Both the position numbers and the translations under genes were made by a program. Below, piece after piece: positions 26,511 through 36,552 of a stretch of DNA of 64,000 bases; position 1 is the stretch's first letter; each line of letters begins with the position of its first letter. Source of the DNA: Chloroflexota bacterium (GTDB taxonomy: Bacteria > Chloroflexota > Dehalococcoidia > Bin125); contig JAPPNI010000028.1 of NCBI GenBank assembly GCA_028873865.1, forward strand, positions 14,598-78,597, read 5' to 3'. The notes beneath the pieces are model-generated. The model saw nothing but the letters and a program-made list of their open reading frames with translations, made no database searches and was not told the DNA's origin.

Positions 26511-26607
26511 GCGAACGGGGTTGTCCGACGAGGGTTCCGGGGTGTCGTTGAAGTTGCCGGGACGGTCATCAGCCACGCCATCGGTTTGGACCACGGTCGC
26601 TGCGGCC

Positions 26608-26629
26608 ATCATACACGAACATCGGTTCG
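26608..26629 (-). promoter_or_regulatory. LexA (SOS) box of Gram-positive/Chloroflexota type abutting a -10 hexamer
   Basis: Minus strand CGAAC-CGAT-GTTCG-TG-TATGAT; perfect CGAAC-N4-GTTCG at 26616-26629. Confidence 0.7.
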
Positions 26630-26700
26630 CTGGGGATCTCTCGTCAGTGTTCTGCGCTACCGATGTCCGAACCGGGCTGAACGGGCCTGCCTACCCCTGC

Positions 26701-27417
26701 CTACGACACCTCTTCGTCGGCGCATGGGCCGAAGGGACGGAACTCGCCGATGTTGAGACCCTCGTAGCAGACCGTTGCGCCGTCGTGCAGGAGCTGGACG
26801 GTCTGCTCGCGACAGGTCAGCGGCTCGGGGAAGACGGTGGTGTAGCTGCCGATGCCCGATGTCGAGTGGGCGTCGGAGCCGCCCGTGACGGGCTTGCCGA
26901 GGATCCGGGCGACTTCCAACGCGAACAGGTTCTCGCGCCGGGTGTTGCCACCGTTGCCGACCTCGATGCCGTGCACGACCTGGAAGACGTGCATGCGCTC
27001 GGCCGCTTCATCCGGGGTCATCGAGAACGGTTCCTCGCCTCGGCGACGGAAGGTGACAGGATCGAAGAAGTGTCGGAAGGGGTGCGCGACCGACATGAAT
27101 GCGCCGATCTCGTCGCAGACTTCGCGGAGTCGCTCGGCCGAGCGGATGCCGGAGTAGTACTGGTCGATTCCGAAGACGACGATGTGGCCGAGATCGGTGG
27201 AGACTTCCATGCCCTGGTTGAGGTAGATGCCGGCCTCGTTCATGGCTTCGCTGTAGTTGTTCCAGTCGTAGCGTTCCCAGACGCGGTCGTGCTCGGTCAG
27301 GTTGACTCCGGTGAGGCCGATTCGGTTGGCCTCTTCGAGCAGCTCGTCGGGCTGCAGCGCGGAATCGGCGGCGCCGCGAACGGTATGAATGTGGGCATCC
27401 AGGATCGTGCCGGGCAT
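26701..27417 (-). CDS. PHP-domain metal-dependent phosphoesterase
   Basis: DAHIHT, TEHD, GMEVST, GHI, AHPF, GGSDAH. ATG at 27417; the track's 27750 start overlaps the next gene. Confidence 0.88.
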   Translation of the reverse strand: MPGTILDAHIHTVRGAADSALQPDELLEEANRIGLTGVNLTEHDRVWERYDWNNYSEAMNEAGIYLNQGMEVSTDLGHIVVFGIDQYYSGIRSAERLREVCDEIGAFMSVAHPFRHFFDPVTFRRRGEEPFSMTPDEAAERMHVFQVVHGIEVGNGGNTRRENLFALEVARILGKPVTGGSDAHSTSGIGSYTTVFPEPLTCREQTVQLLHDGATVCYEGLNIGEFRPFGPCADEEVS

Positions 27418-27515
27418 CGACTGAGGATCCACGGGGTCTCCAGCTCCAGGGGCGGTGGGGTTGCTCCACTGAGTATAGGCACGGGTGGGGATAATCCTGT
27501 GCCATGCAGTTGCCG

Positions 27516-27935
27516 TCAGCCGGTGGCGAGGTGGGGCAGCATCCAGCCGTAGCAGCCCGCGGCGAGCAGGGCGGTCAGTGTGAATCGTCGCCAGAGCCAG
27601 GGCTGCCAGGCCGTCGCGCCGCCCGCGAGCAGAGCCAGGGCGAGGATGATGCCGAGCGTGAACTGCCAGGAGGGGCTGCCGAGTCCGGAGGAACCGCCGT
27701 CGGCGACATTGAGGAAGACGACGCCGAGCAGCAGTCCGAGGACGGCGCAACCGGCCTGGGCGACCAAGGCCGCGCCGAGGCTGACCATGACCCAGTTGGA
27801 GGGGTCGGGAAACTGCCGGCGGAGCCAGTTGGTGGTCGGGACCGAGACGAGCAGCGGCCCGAAGATTCCCAGTCCAAAGACTCCAACGGCGGCGCCGGAG
27901 ACGAAGCCCGAGAACAGCGCCGCGACGGTTTCCAT
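27516..27935 (-). CDS. Hypothetical membrane protein (~4 TM helices)
   Basis: Hydrophobic ORF starting METVAALF immediately after the ispE stop. Confidence 0.65.
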   Translation of the reverse strand: METVAALFSGFVSGAAVGVFGLGIFGPLLVSVPTTNWLRRQFPDPSNWVMVSLGAALVAQAGCAVLGLLLGVVFLNVADGGSSGLGSPSWQFTLGIILALALLAGGATAWQPWLWRRFTLTALLAAGCYGWMLPHLATG

Positions 27936-27937
27936 GG

Positions 27938-28870
27938 TCAATCCGCGTGGATCGCGGTGGCGCGGTCTCGGGTCAGTGCTCGCGCGATGTGGGTGAAACC
28001 GTTGGCTTGACCCAGACGCTGCGCGGCGCGCTCGGCGGTTTCGGGCTGGAGAATCGCGAACATCGTTGGGCCCGCTCCTGCGAGCAGCGGGGTGACCGGC
28101 TCGATGCCCAGGCCCAGCGAGGCGTGAGCGATGGCAGCGCCCATGCGTCGCCAGGCCGGCGCCAGTCCCTGCATGACCTCGCGTGCGGGACGGTCGAAGG
28201 AGTTGACGCAGTCGTCCTGAGTCGGCGCGTTGCCGTTGGTCATGGAGTCGGCCAGGTTGGTCGTGGCGTCTCCCCTGCGGAAGTCGGAGGAGCGCAGCGA
28301 ACCATACATCGTGGCGGTCTTGGCTGCGGGCACGGGGATCTCGGGGCGATGCAGCAGTATTGCCCAGTCGGACGAGGCTTCGGGGAGCGGGCTGACGCGT
28401 TCGCCTCGGCCGGCCATGCGCACGACGCCGCCGAGCAGGCAGACCGGCACATCGGAGCCGACCTCGGCGCCGATCTGGCGGAGATCGTCGTTGGAGAGGT
28501 CCAGATTCCATGCTCGTCGGGCCAATCGGAGGAACGCGGCGGCATCGGTCGAGCCGCCTCCCAGACCGCCGGTCAGAGGGATCCGTTTGAGGACGTGGAT
28601 GGTCGCTCCACCGGGCAACGGGCCATGGCGCTCAAGCGCGTTCCAGGCGCGCGCGATGATGTCGTCGGACGTCTCGATCGACAGGCGTCGTCCGCGATCA
28701 TCGGTGTAGGTGATCGATCTCTCGCCGTCGGTTCGGGTCAGCTGGACATCGTCGACCAGGTCGAGCGACAGGGCGACGGAGTCGAGGTCATGGAAGCCGT
28801 CCTCGCGCTTGCCGATCACTTCGAGGGTGAGATTCAGCTTGGCTGCTCCCGGCGTTCTCCAGGTGGTCAT
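27938..28870 (-). CDS. ispE: 4-diphosphocytidyl-2-C-methyl-D-erythritol kinase
   Basis: AKLNLTLEV, KRIPL.GGLGGGSTDAA, GSDVP, AGAGPT. ATG at 28870 overlaps the rsmA stop. Confidence 0.93.
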   Translation of the reverse strand: MTTWRTPGAAKLNLTLEVIGKREDGFHDLDSVALSLDLVDDVQLTRTDGERSITYTDDRGRRLSIETSDDIIARAWNALERHGPLPGGATIHVLKRIPLTGGLGGGSTDAAAFLRLARRAWNLDLSNDDLRQIGAEVGSDVPVCLLGGVVRMAGRGERVSPLPEASSDWAILLHRPEIPVPAAKTATMYGSLRSSDFRRGDATTNLADSMTNGNAPTQDDCVNSFDRPAREVMQGLAPAWRRMGAAIAHASLGLGIEPVTPLLAGAGPTMFAILQPETAERAAQRLGQANGFTHIARALTRDRATAIHAD

Positions 28871-29709
28871 CGGGCCTGCTCGGAGTAAGTCTCGAGGTGC
28901 TCTTCCCGCCACCAGGCGAGGCGCGCCCACTCCTCAAGCGTCAGGGTCCCGGGCCGCCGTGCGGGTTCTATCTCGCATGCTTCGAGCCACTCGATTGCGC
29001 CGTCCGGCGGCAGCCAGACTCCTTGCGACAATGCGTTATGTAACTGTTTGCGCGGGCTGCGGAATCCACCGCGGACGACTTCAAAGAAGCGCTCGACGCT
29101 GGGCACGTCAACCGCCGGGCGGTCTCGGACTCGCAGCATGACCACGGCCGATCGGACCTGCGGCGGGGGATCGAAGGCTTCACGCTCCACGCTGAAGAGC
29201 ATTTCCGCTTCGGCGTAGAACTGGACCGAGACGGCCATCAGTGACAGTTTGCCGGGGTTGGCGGTGATCCGCTGGGCAACCTCGTGCTGGATCATCGCGA
29301 GCATCCATGCTGGTTGCTCATCTTCTTCTTCGAGGAACTTGCGAAAGATCGGAGCGGTGATCGCATAGGGCAGGTTGCCGACGAGTCCATACGGCGGTTG
29401 CGCGGCGACCAGTGCGAGAGCCTCAACGGGATCGGTTTCGAGGACATCCTGTTCAACCACCACGACAGAGCGGTCAATCCCCTGGGCGGCCAGTCTCCGA
29501 CGGGCGCGGAAGGCCATCGCCTCGTCAAGCTCTATCGAGACCAGGGGCCGACTGAGCTCGGCCAAACGAGATGTCAACGCGCCGTCGCCGGCGCCGACCT
29601 CAAGTATTGGAGCGGGTTCTGAAGGAACTGCTTCGACGATTCGTTCGAGGACTCGTTCGTCACGTAACAGGTGTTGGCCGAGGCGCGCTCGACGCCGTCG
29701 CGCGCTCAC
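28867..29709 (-). CDS. rsmA: 16S rRNA m6,2A dimethyltransferase KsgA/RsmA
   Basis: LGQHLL, EVGAGDGALT, GNLPYAIT, F.PPPQV.S, RKQLHN. The GTG at 29709 is chosen because the track start (29763) lies inside the SRP RNA. Confidence 0.93.
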   Translation of the reverse strand: MSARRRRARLGQHLLRDERVLERIVEAVPSEPAPILEVGAGDGALTSRLAELSRPLVSIELDEAMAFRARRRLAAQGIDRSVVVVEQDVLETDPVEALALVAAQPPYGLVGNLPYAITAPIFRKFLEEEDEQPAWMLAMIQHEVAQRITANPGKLSLMAVSVQFYAEAEMLFSVEREAFDPPPQVRSAVVMLRVRDRPAVDVPSVERFFEVVRGGFRSPRKQLHNALSQGVWLPPDGAIEWLEACEIEPARRPGTLTLEEWARLAWWREEHLETYSEQAR

Positions 29710-29752
29710 GCTGACAACCGGGTGCGATGAAACCGGGACATCGAGAAGTGAG

Positions 29753-30022
29753 TGGTCGTGCACCTGAGGTCGAACGCCGCCATGAGCTTGCCTTCGCTAG
29801 CCGGCTCTGCCCAGGCACTCCCACGTCACCCGACCGAACAACCGCTTACCGCTGCTTCCTCTCGGACCTGACGGGGTTCACGGCGGGCCGCCGCGCGGGA
29901 CCCAAGCTTCATCACTGCTTGGCGTCGGTAGTTCTCATGTCGCCGCCCTCAACTCAGGAGTTCAACCCCGCTAGAGCGGATTGCGGGTACAGGGCACCGC
30001 TAGCTCCCCATCTAGCACGACC
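29753..30022 (-). ncRNA. ffs: Signal recognition particle RNA, large bacterial type (with Alu domain)
   Basis: 5' GGUCGUGCUAGAUGGGGAG.UAGCGGUGCCCUGUACCCGCAAUCCGC; S-domain GAACCCCGUCAGGUCCGAGAGGAAGCAGCGGUAAG; the 5' and 3' ends pair (GGUCGUGC/GCACGACC). Ends are approximate. Confidence 0.93.
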
Positions 30023-30029
30023 GTCCATA

Positions 30030-30038
30030 ACTCTACCA
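30030..30038 (-). promoter_or_regulatory. Extended -10 promoter for SRP RNA
   Basis: Minus strand TG-G-TAGAGT, about 7 nt before the RNA 5' end. Confidence 0.45.
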
Positions 30039-30124
30039 TCCGCAGGATCGGTGACCGGTCAGAGTAAACTCATTGCAGCAGGACGTATTCGGCGTCGGCT
30101 CAAGCGCGATTATGGGAGCAGCCC

Positions 30125-31525
30125 ATGCGAATTGTCTCCATCGGCTGTCCCGTGCCCAGTCCGAACGTCGACAACCACTCGATCGCCAATGCTCCGTCGA
30201 TTTTCGACTACGACGCGTGCATCTTCGACCCGCAATCGGTGTCCGAGCAGATTGAGGGCATCGCGGCCAGCGCGCTGGATGTCAAGGCGCATGACGGCCG
30301 CGCGATCACGCAGGGTGAATCGGGCGCGTTTCACTTTGGCCTGGCCGAGCTGTTGCAGCAGCGGCAGCTGGAGTTCCAGCTGCTGCTTGAGCACGGCGGG
30401 GTGCTGGTCGTCTTCGTCTACCCCAATGTGCGTCACCCGAACGTGGCCGCTTTTCCGGGGCTCAACCGCTACTCGCTGATCCCCGGCCCGGACGGCGATC
30501 CGTTCAGTTGGCCGGCGCTGCGGCCGGCGGACGGCAAGGATGTTCGCCCGACGCTCGCGCACCATGCGGCGAGCGCCTATCTCGACGAGCTGAGCGGCCG
30601 GCTTCGTTACCGAGCGATCTTTGACCTGGGTGCGTCCGACGGCGGTACGGTCGTGGGACGCTCGGTCGGCGGCGCGGCCGTCGCGGCGGAGTTTCGCGTC
30701 GGTCCGGGCCGGATCGTGGCGTTGCCACCCGCCGACAGCCTCTCGACGTCGCAGCGCAAGCTGTTCGGTTCGGTGCTGCTTGAGATGCTCGAACGCCTCG
30801 TACAGGAGCCGGCGCAGCAGGACGCACCGGTCTGGGTGCGGCGATACGACACTCCCGAGGCGAGCGAGGCACGGGACGGGTTGACCGCGGCGAAGGATGA
30901 GCTCAAGCAGGCTCAGCGCCGGGTGACGGAAGCGGAATCGCTGGTCGCGGACACGACGCACTTCCAGCGGATGCTGTGGCAGAGCCAGAGCCGCGCCTTC
31001 CAGGACGTGATCCAGGACGCATTCCGGCTCCTTGGTTACTCGGTTTCGACCACGGACGATGGGATGGAGCTTCGCGATGGCGGCGATATGTCGGTCGTGG
31101 AGATCGCGTCCGCCAACGAGGCGCTGAGCGATCGGTTGTACCTGACGCTGCAAGGCCGAATCGAGGAGCATTTCCTGCGGCGCAAGAGCCGGCCGAAGGG
31201 GATCATCGTCGGGAACGGCTTCCGTCAAACCGACCCGCGGATCCGTCGTGAGCCGTTCCCGAAGACGCTGGTCGACGCTTGCGAGACGTACGACTATGCG
31301 CTGATTCCAGTTGAGGCACTGTATGACTTGGTGACCTTCGCCAGCGAGACATCGGATGAGCCTGAGTTGCTTGCGGAGGTTCGCCGTTCGATCGCGGAGG
31401 CGGTCGGCGTGCTTGAGATTGCGCTCGAGGATGAGGTTGAGGAAGAGACCGAGGAGGACGCGGACGACTCGGGCACGGTTGCGGCCGACAACAGCGCAGT
31501 CGCCGCGCCTGTGGAAGCCGACTGA
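30125..31525 (+). CDS. Hypothetical protein: alpha/beta N-terminal region, coiled coil, C-terminal restriction-endonuclease-like domain, acidic tail
   Basis: C-terminus DAFRLLGY...D...VVEIAS...KGIIVGNGFR..DP..R..PF resembles PD-(D/E)xK folds; family not confirmed. Confidence 0.6.
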   Translation: MRIVSIGCPVPSPNVDNHSIANAPSIFDYDACIFDPQSVSEQIEGIAASALDVKAHDGRAITQGESGAFHFGLAELLQQRQLEFQLLLEHGGVLVVFVYPNVRHPNVAAFPGLNRYSLIPGPDGDPFSWPALRPADGKDVRPTLAHHAASAYLDELSGRLRYRAIFDLGASDGGTVVGRSVGGAAVAAEFRVGPGRIVALPPADSLSTSQRKLFGSVLLEMLERLVQEPAQQDAPVWVRRYDTPEASEARDGLTAAKDELKQAQRRVTEAESLVADTTHFQRMLWQSQSRAFQDVIQDAFRLLGYSVSTTDDGMELRDGGDMSVVEIASANEALSDRLYLTLQGRIEEHFLRRKSRPKGIIVGNGFRQTDPRIRREPFPKTLVDACETYDYALIPVEALYDLVTFASETSDEPELLAEVRRSIAEAVGVLEIALEDEVEEETEEDADDSGTVAADNSAVAAPVEAD

Positions 31526-31531
31526 TCGAGC

Positions 31532-33382
31532 CTAATTCTTGCCCAACTGCAGGACGGCGAGGAATGCCTCCTGGGGAATCTCGACGTTGCCGACGCGCTT
31601 GAGCCGCTTCTTGCCCTCGGCCTGGCGGGCCAGCAGCTTGCGTTTCCTGGTGATGTCTCCGCCGTAGCACTTGGCGGTGACGTTCTTGCGCATTGCGCGA
31701 ACCGTTTCGCGGGCGATGATTCGGCCGCCGACGGCCGCCTGGATCGGCACGTCGAATAGCTGGCGGGGAATCAGGCGACGGAGACGGTCGGCCAGTTCTC
31801 GGCCCTGGGTCGCCGCGGCGTCGGAGTGCACGATGGCCGAGAGCGCATCGACGGGTTCACCGTTGATGAGCAGGTCGAGCTTGACCAGTTTCGCGGCCCG
31901 ATAGCCGATCAACGAGTAGTCGAGGCTCGCGTAACCGCGAGTCCGCGACTTCAACTCGTCGTAGAAGTCGGTGAGAATCTCGGAGAGCGGCAGCTCGTAC
32001 TCGAGCAGGACGCGAATCTCGCTGGTCGTCTGGGCGGATCCGTTGGCGCCGTTGTTGCCACTGCTGCGCTGCAGGTACTCCATGTGGTCGAAGATGCCGC
32101 GCCGGCTGGTGACGGTCTCCATGACCGGGCCGACGTAGTCGTGGGGGGCGATGACGGAGATGCGCACCCAGGGTTCGCGGATCTCGGAGACATGGTTGGG
32201 GGCCGGGAGGTCGGAGGGGTTTTCGATGAGCTGCACTTCGCCGTCGACACCTTCGACCTCGTACTCCACGGATGGGGCGGTGAATACGAGCTCCAGTCCA
32301 TACTCGCGTTCCAGGCGCTCCTGCACGATTTCCATGTGCAGCAACCCCAGGAAGCCCATGCGGTAGCCGAAGCCGAGGGCGGCGGACGACTCGGGTTGAT
32401 ACTGAATAGCGCTGTCCGAGAGGCGGAGCTTGTCGAGGGCGTCAGATAGTTCCTGGTAGTCGGCGGAGTTGGCCGGGTAGAGACCGGCGAAGACCATGGC
32501 CTTGGGCTCGCGGTAGCCGGGCAGCGGATCGGATTGATGCCGCCCGCCGATCGTCATGGTGTCGCCGACGCGAACGTCGGCGACGTCCTTGAGACCGGTC
32601 GCGACGTAGCCGACATCACCGGCGGACAGGGAGTCCAAGCGACGCAGTTCGGGCGAGAAACTGCCGACCTCCATCGCCTCGAAGCGGCGGTTGGTGGCGG
32701 CCAGGCGAAGCGGAGATTGCCCTCGCACTTCACCGTCGACGACGCGAACGTGCGCGATCACACCTTTGTAGGAGTCGTATTCGGAGTCGAAAATCAGGGC
32801 TCGCAAGGGCTCGTCGGGAGCGCCTTCGGGCGGTGGAATTCGTTCCACGATGGCGTCGAGCAGTTCGCTGATGCCCTGTCCAGTCTTGGCCGAGACGTAG
32901 AGGATCTCGTCGCGGGAGAAGCCGATCACATCGACCAGCTCGGCCGCGATTGCTTCGGGTTGCGCAACGTCGAGGTCGATCTTGTTGACCACCGGAATCA
33001 GGGTCAGGTCTTGCTCCATGGCCAGATAGACGTTGGCCAGGGTCTGGGCCTGAATGCCCTCGACGGCGTCGACGACCAAGAGCGCGCCTTCCGCTGCGGC
33101 GAGGCTGCGGGAGACCTCGTAGGAGAAGTCGACGTGGCCGGGCGTGTCGATCAGATGGAGGCGGTACTCGTGGCCTTCCGGCTGGCGATAATCCATGCGG
33201 ACGGCGCGCGCCTTGATCGTGATGCCCTTCTCTCGCTCCAGGTCCATGGAGTCGAGCAATTGGTCGGACATGTCGCGGCGGTCGACGGTCGCGGTCGCCT
33301 CGATGAGGCGATCTGACAAGGTCGATTTGCCGTGATCGATGTGGGCGACGATGCAGAAATTACGAATGCGCGAGGCGTCCAT
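31532..33382 (-). CDS. lepA: Elongation factor 4
   Basis: [46 protein letters not shown]. Confidence 0.97.
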   Translation of the reverse strand: MDASRIRNFCIVAHIDHGKSTLSDRLIEATATVDRRDMSDQLLDSMDLEREKGITIKARAVRMDYRQPEGHEYRLHLIDTPGHVDFSYEVSRSLAAAEGALLVVDAVEGIQAQTLANVYLAMEQDLTLIPVVNKIDLDVAQPEAIAAELVDVIGFSRDEILYVSAKTGQGISELLDAIVERIPPPEGAPDEPLRALIFDSEYDSYKGVIAHVRVVDGEVRGQSPLRLAATNRRFEAMEVGSFSPELRRLDSLSAGDVGYVATGLKDVADVRVGDTMTIGGRHQSDPLPGYREPKAMVFAGLYPANSADYQELSDALDKLRLSDSAIQYQPESSAALGFGYRMGFLGLLHMEIVQERLEREYGLELVFTAPSVEYEVEGVDGEVQLIENPSDLPAPNHVSEIREPWVRISVIAPHDYVGPVMETVTSRRGIFDHMEYLQRSSGNNGANGSAQTTSEIRVLLEYELPLSEILTDFYDELKSRTRGYASLDYSLIGYRAAKLVKLDLLINGEPVDALSAIVHSDAAATQGRELADRLRRLIPRQLFDVPIQAAVGGRIIARETVRAMRKNVTAKCYGGDITRKRKLLARQAEGKKRLKRVGNVEIPQEAFLAVLQLGKN

Positions 33383-33431
33383 GTGGTCCGATCGTAACAG
33401 TCGGCTGGCCCTGCGCCGTGTCCCGGAAACG

Positions 33432-33459
33432 CAGAGCGGGGCCGGCCGGCCCCGCTCTG
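33432..33459. terminator. Perfect 28-bp palindrome between oppF and lepA (hairpin/terminator candidate)
   Basis: cagagcggggccgg|ccggccccgctctg. Confidence 0.5.
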
Positions 33460-33481
33460 TTGTGATCCCTGATAGCCGCGC

Positions 33482-34697
33482 TTAGACGCGGTGGCAGCGC
33501 ACGAAGTGGTCTTCGACGATTTCCCGCCACTCGGGGTCTTCCTCGCGACAGATGTCGATCGCGATGGGGCAACGAGTGTGGAAGTTGCAGCCCGGCGGCG
33601 GCGCGATCGGGTTGGGCACGTCACCGGTCAGGATCAGGCGCTCACGTCGCCGTTCCAGCGCCGGGTCGGGGATTGGCACAGCGGAGATCAACGCCTGCGT
33701 GTACGGGTGCAGCGGATTCTCGTAGAGCCGGTCCGACTGGGCCAGCTCGACGATCTTGCCGAGGTACATCACCGCGATGCGGTGCGAGATGTGACGCACG
33801 ACCGAAAGGTCGTGGGCGATGAACAGGTAGGTCAGACCGAAGTCCGCCTGCAGGTCCTCGAGCAGGTTGATGATCTGCGCCTGAATCGACACGTCAAGCG
33901 CCGAGACGGGCTCGTCGCAGACGATGAAGGCGGGCTCCACGGCGAGCGCGCGGGCGATGCCGATGCGCTGACGCTGGCCACCGGAGAACTCGTGCGGGTA
34001 GCGGCTGGCGAAGTAGGGGTTCAGACCCACGGTCTCGAGCAGCTCGCGGACGCGCTCCTTGCGGCGGCCTTTCTGCAGACCGTGAATGACCATCGGCTCG
34101 GAGACGATGCTGCCGACGCTCATGCGCGGGTTGAGCGAGGCGTAGGGGTCCTGGAAGATCATCTGCATCTGGCGCCGGTAGGCGCGCAGGTTGCGTCCGG
34201 CCAGCGTGGTCAGGTCGACCGCGCCGCCATTCTCGTCAGCGCCGGGAACGCTCACGGATTCGGCCCCACCGTCGTCGTCGGCGCCGATGTGCGACGTGAA
34301 CTGCGGAGGCGACATGAAGACCTGGCCGGCCGTCGGCCGGTAGAGCTGAAGGATGGCCCGGCCGGTCGTGGACTTGCCGCAGCCGGACTCTCCCACGAGG
34401 CCCAGGGTCTCGCCCTCGCGCACGGCGAACGAGATGCCGTCGACCGCCTTGATGTCAGCGACCTTGCGCTTGAGCAACAGACCGGCAGTCACGGGGAAGT
34501 ACATCTTGAGGTCCTGGACCTCAAGCAACGTGTTGTCGTGCGGCTCGGTTCGTCCGCTGGCGATCAGGTCGGCGATCGCGGCGGTCGCCTGGCCCACGGA
34601 CGCGGCCGCGGCTGCGCGCATGGCCTCCGGCGTCATGGTGCCGGCGGCGGCCTCTTCCTGGGATTGCGACTCTTCGACGACGTCAGGTTGTTCGTTC

Positions 34698-34705
<8 letters not shown>
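33482..34705 (-). CDS. oppF: Oligopeptide/dipeptide ABC transporter ATP-binding protein
   Basis: [44 protein letters not shown] at 34705 overlaps the oppD end. Confidence 0.9.
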
Positions 34706-35744
<1,039 letters not shown>

Positions 35745-35819
35745 AAGAACACTCCTTCAGCGACGCCTGTGGTTCCAATGTTCGCAACACGACCGACCGG
35801 TATGCGGTCGGGCGAGCGT

Positions 35820-35904
35820 TGGTGGGGAAGAGGAGACTCGAACTCCTACGCCTTGCGGCACATGATCCTAAATCATGCTCGTCTGCCAATTCCGACACTT
35901 CCCC
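35820..35904 (-). tRNA. tRNA-Leu(UAG)
   Basis: GGGGAAG acceptor stem, anticodon arm CAUGA-UUUAGGA-UCAUG, long variable arm, UUCGA T-loop, CCA; 85 nt. Confidence 0.97.
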
Positions 35905-35987
35905 CCTGGACGACGAGAAGGCCGGAGCACCGGCGTCGTCGCGCGAGAGGCGCGGAATCATAGGCAGACCGCTCAGACTGTCGAAGC

Positions 35988-36063
<76 letters not shown>

Positions 36064-36318
36064 CCGCTCGTGAACGGCTCCCGAGGCCGATGGCTTCGGG
36101 ACGTCACACAATCTTACACCGCCCCCACGACTTCCGCCCTGGACGCTACTGCTGCTCATCGGCTGTTCGCCAGAGAGAACGCTATTCAGTTGTTCCACTA
36201 CAGCTCCGGTCGGGTTTGGCCTGCAAGCTAGCCAACAGGACGCAGAACGTCAACGAGTTGACACGATTGTAGATGCAAGAGCGAGTCATTTCAGGGCGCT
36301 CGTCAGCGGCCGGCTTCG

Positions 36319-36348
36319 TTGACCAAGCTCAACCGCGAGGAATACGAT
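36319..36348 (+). promoter_or_regulatory. Sigma70-type promoter for tRNA-Val/thrS
   Basis: TTGACC-N18-TACGAT. Confidence 0.55.
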
Positions 36349-36405
36349 GAATCGACAACTGATTGGTTGCGGGCCTGGTCCCGTAGCTGGCCAGGAAGCT
36401 GGCGG

Positions 36406-36482
36406 GGGCGGTTAGCTCAGTTGGCTAGAGCGCTGCGTTGACATCGCAGAGGTCACTGGTTCAAGTCCAGTATCGCCCACCA
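36406..36482 (+). tRNA. tRNA-Val(GAC)
   Basis: GGGCGGU acceptor stem, CUGCG-UUGACAU-CGCAG anticodon arm, GGUUCAA, CCA; 77 nt. Confidence 0.97.
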
Positions 36483-36552
36483 CACGCACAAATCGGTCAG
36501 CCCGGCATGATCCGCCAGTGATCGCTGCGGGCTCAGCCCAGATAGCAGGCGG

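Noticed and set aside
29710-29763. Track start of rsmA at 29763
   Set aside because: It overlaps the SRP RNA 3' stem; GTG 29709 matches the family N-terminus.
36483-36552. T-box leaders before thrS (also pheS 46133-46276 and alaS 58235-58344)
   Set aside because: No T-box consensus (GGUGGUACCGCG-like) or terminator/antiterminator is visible.
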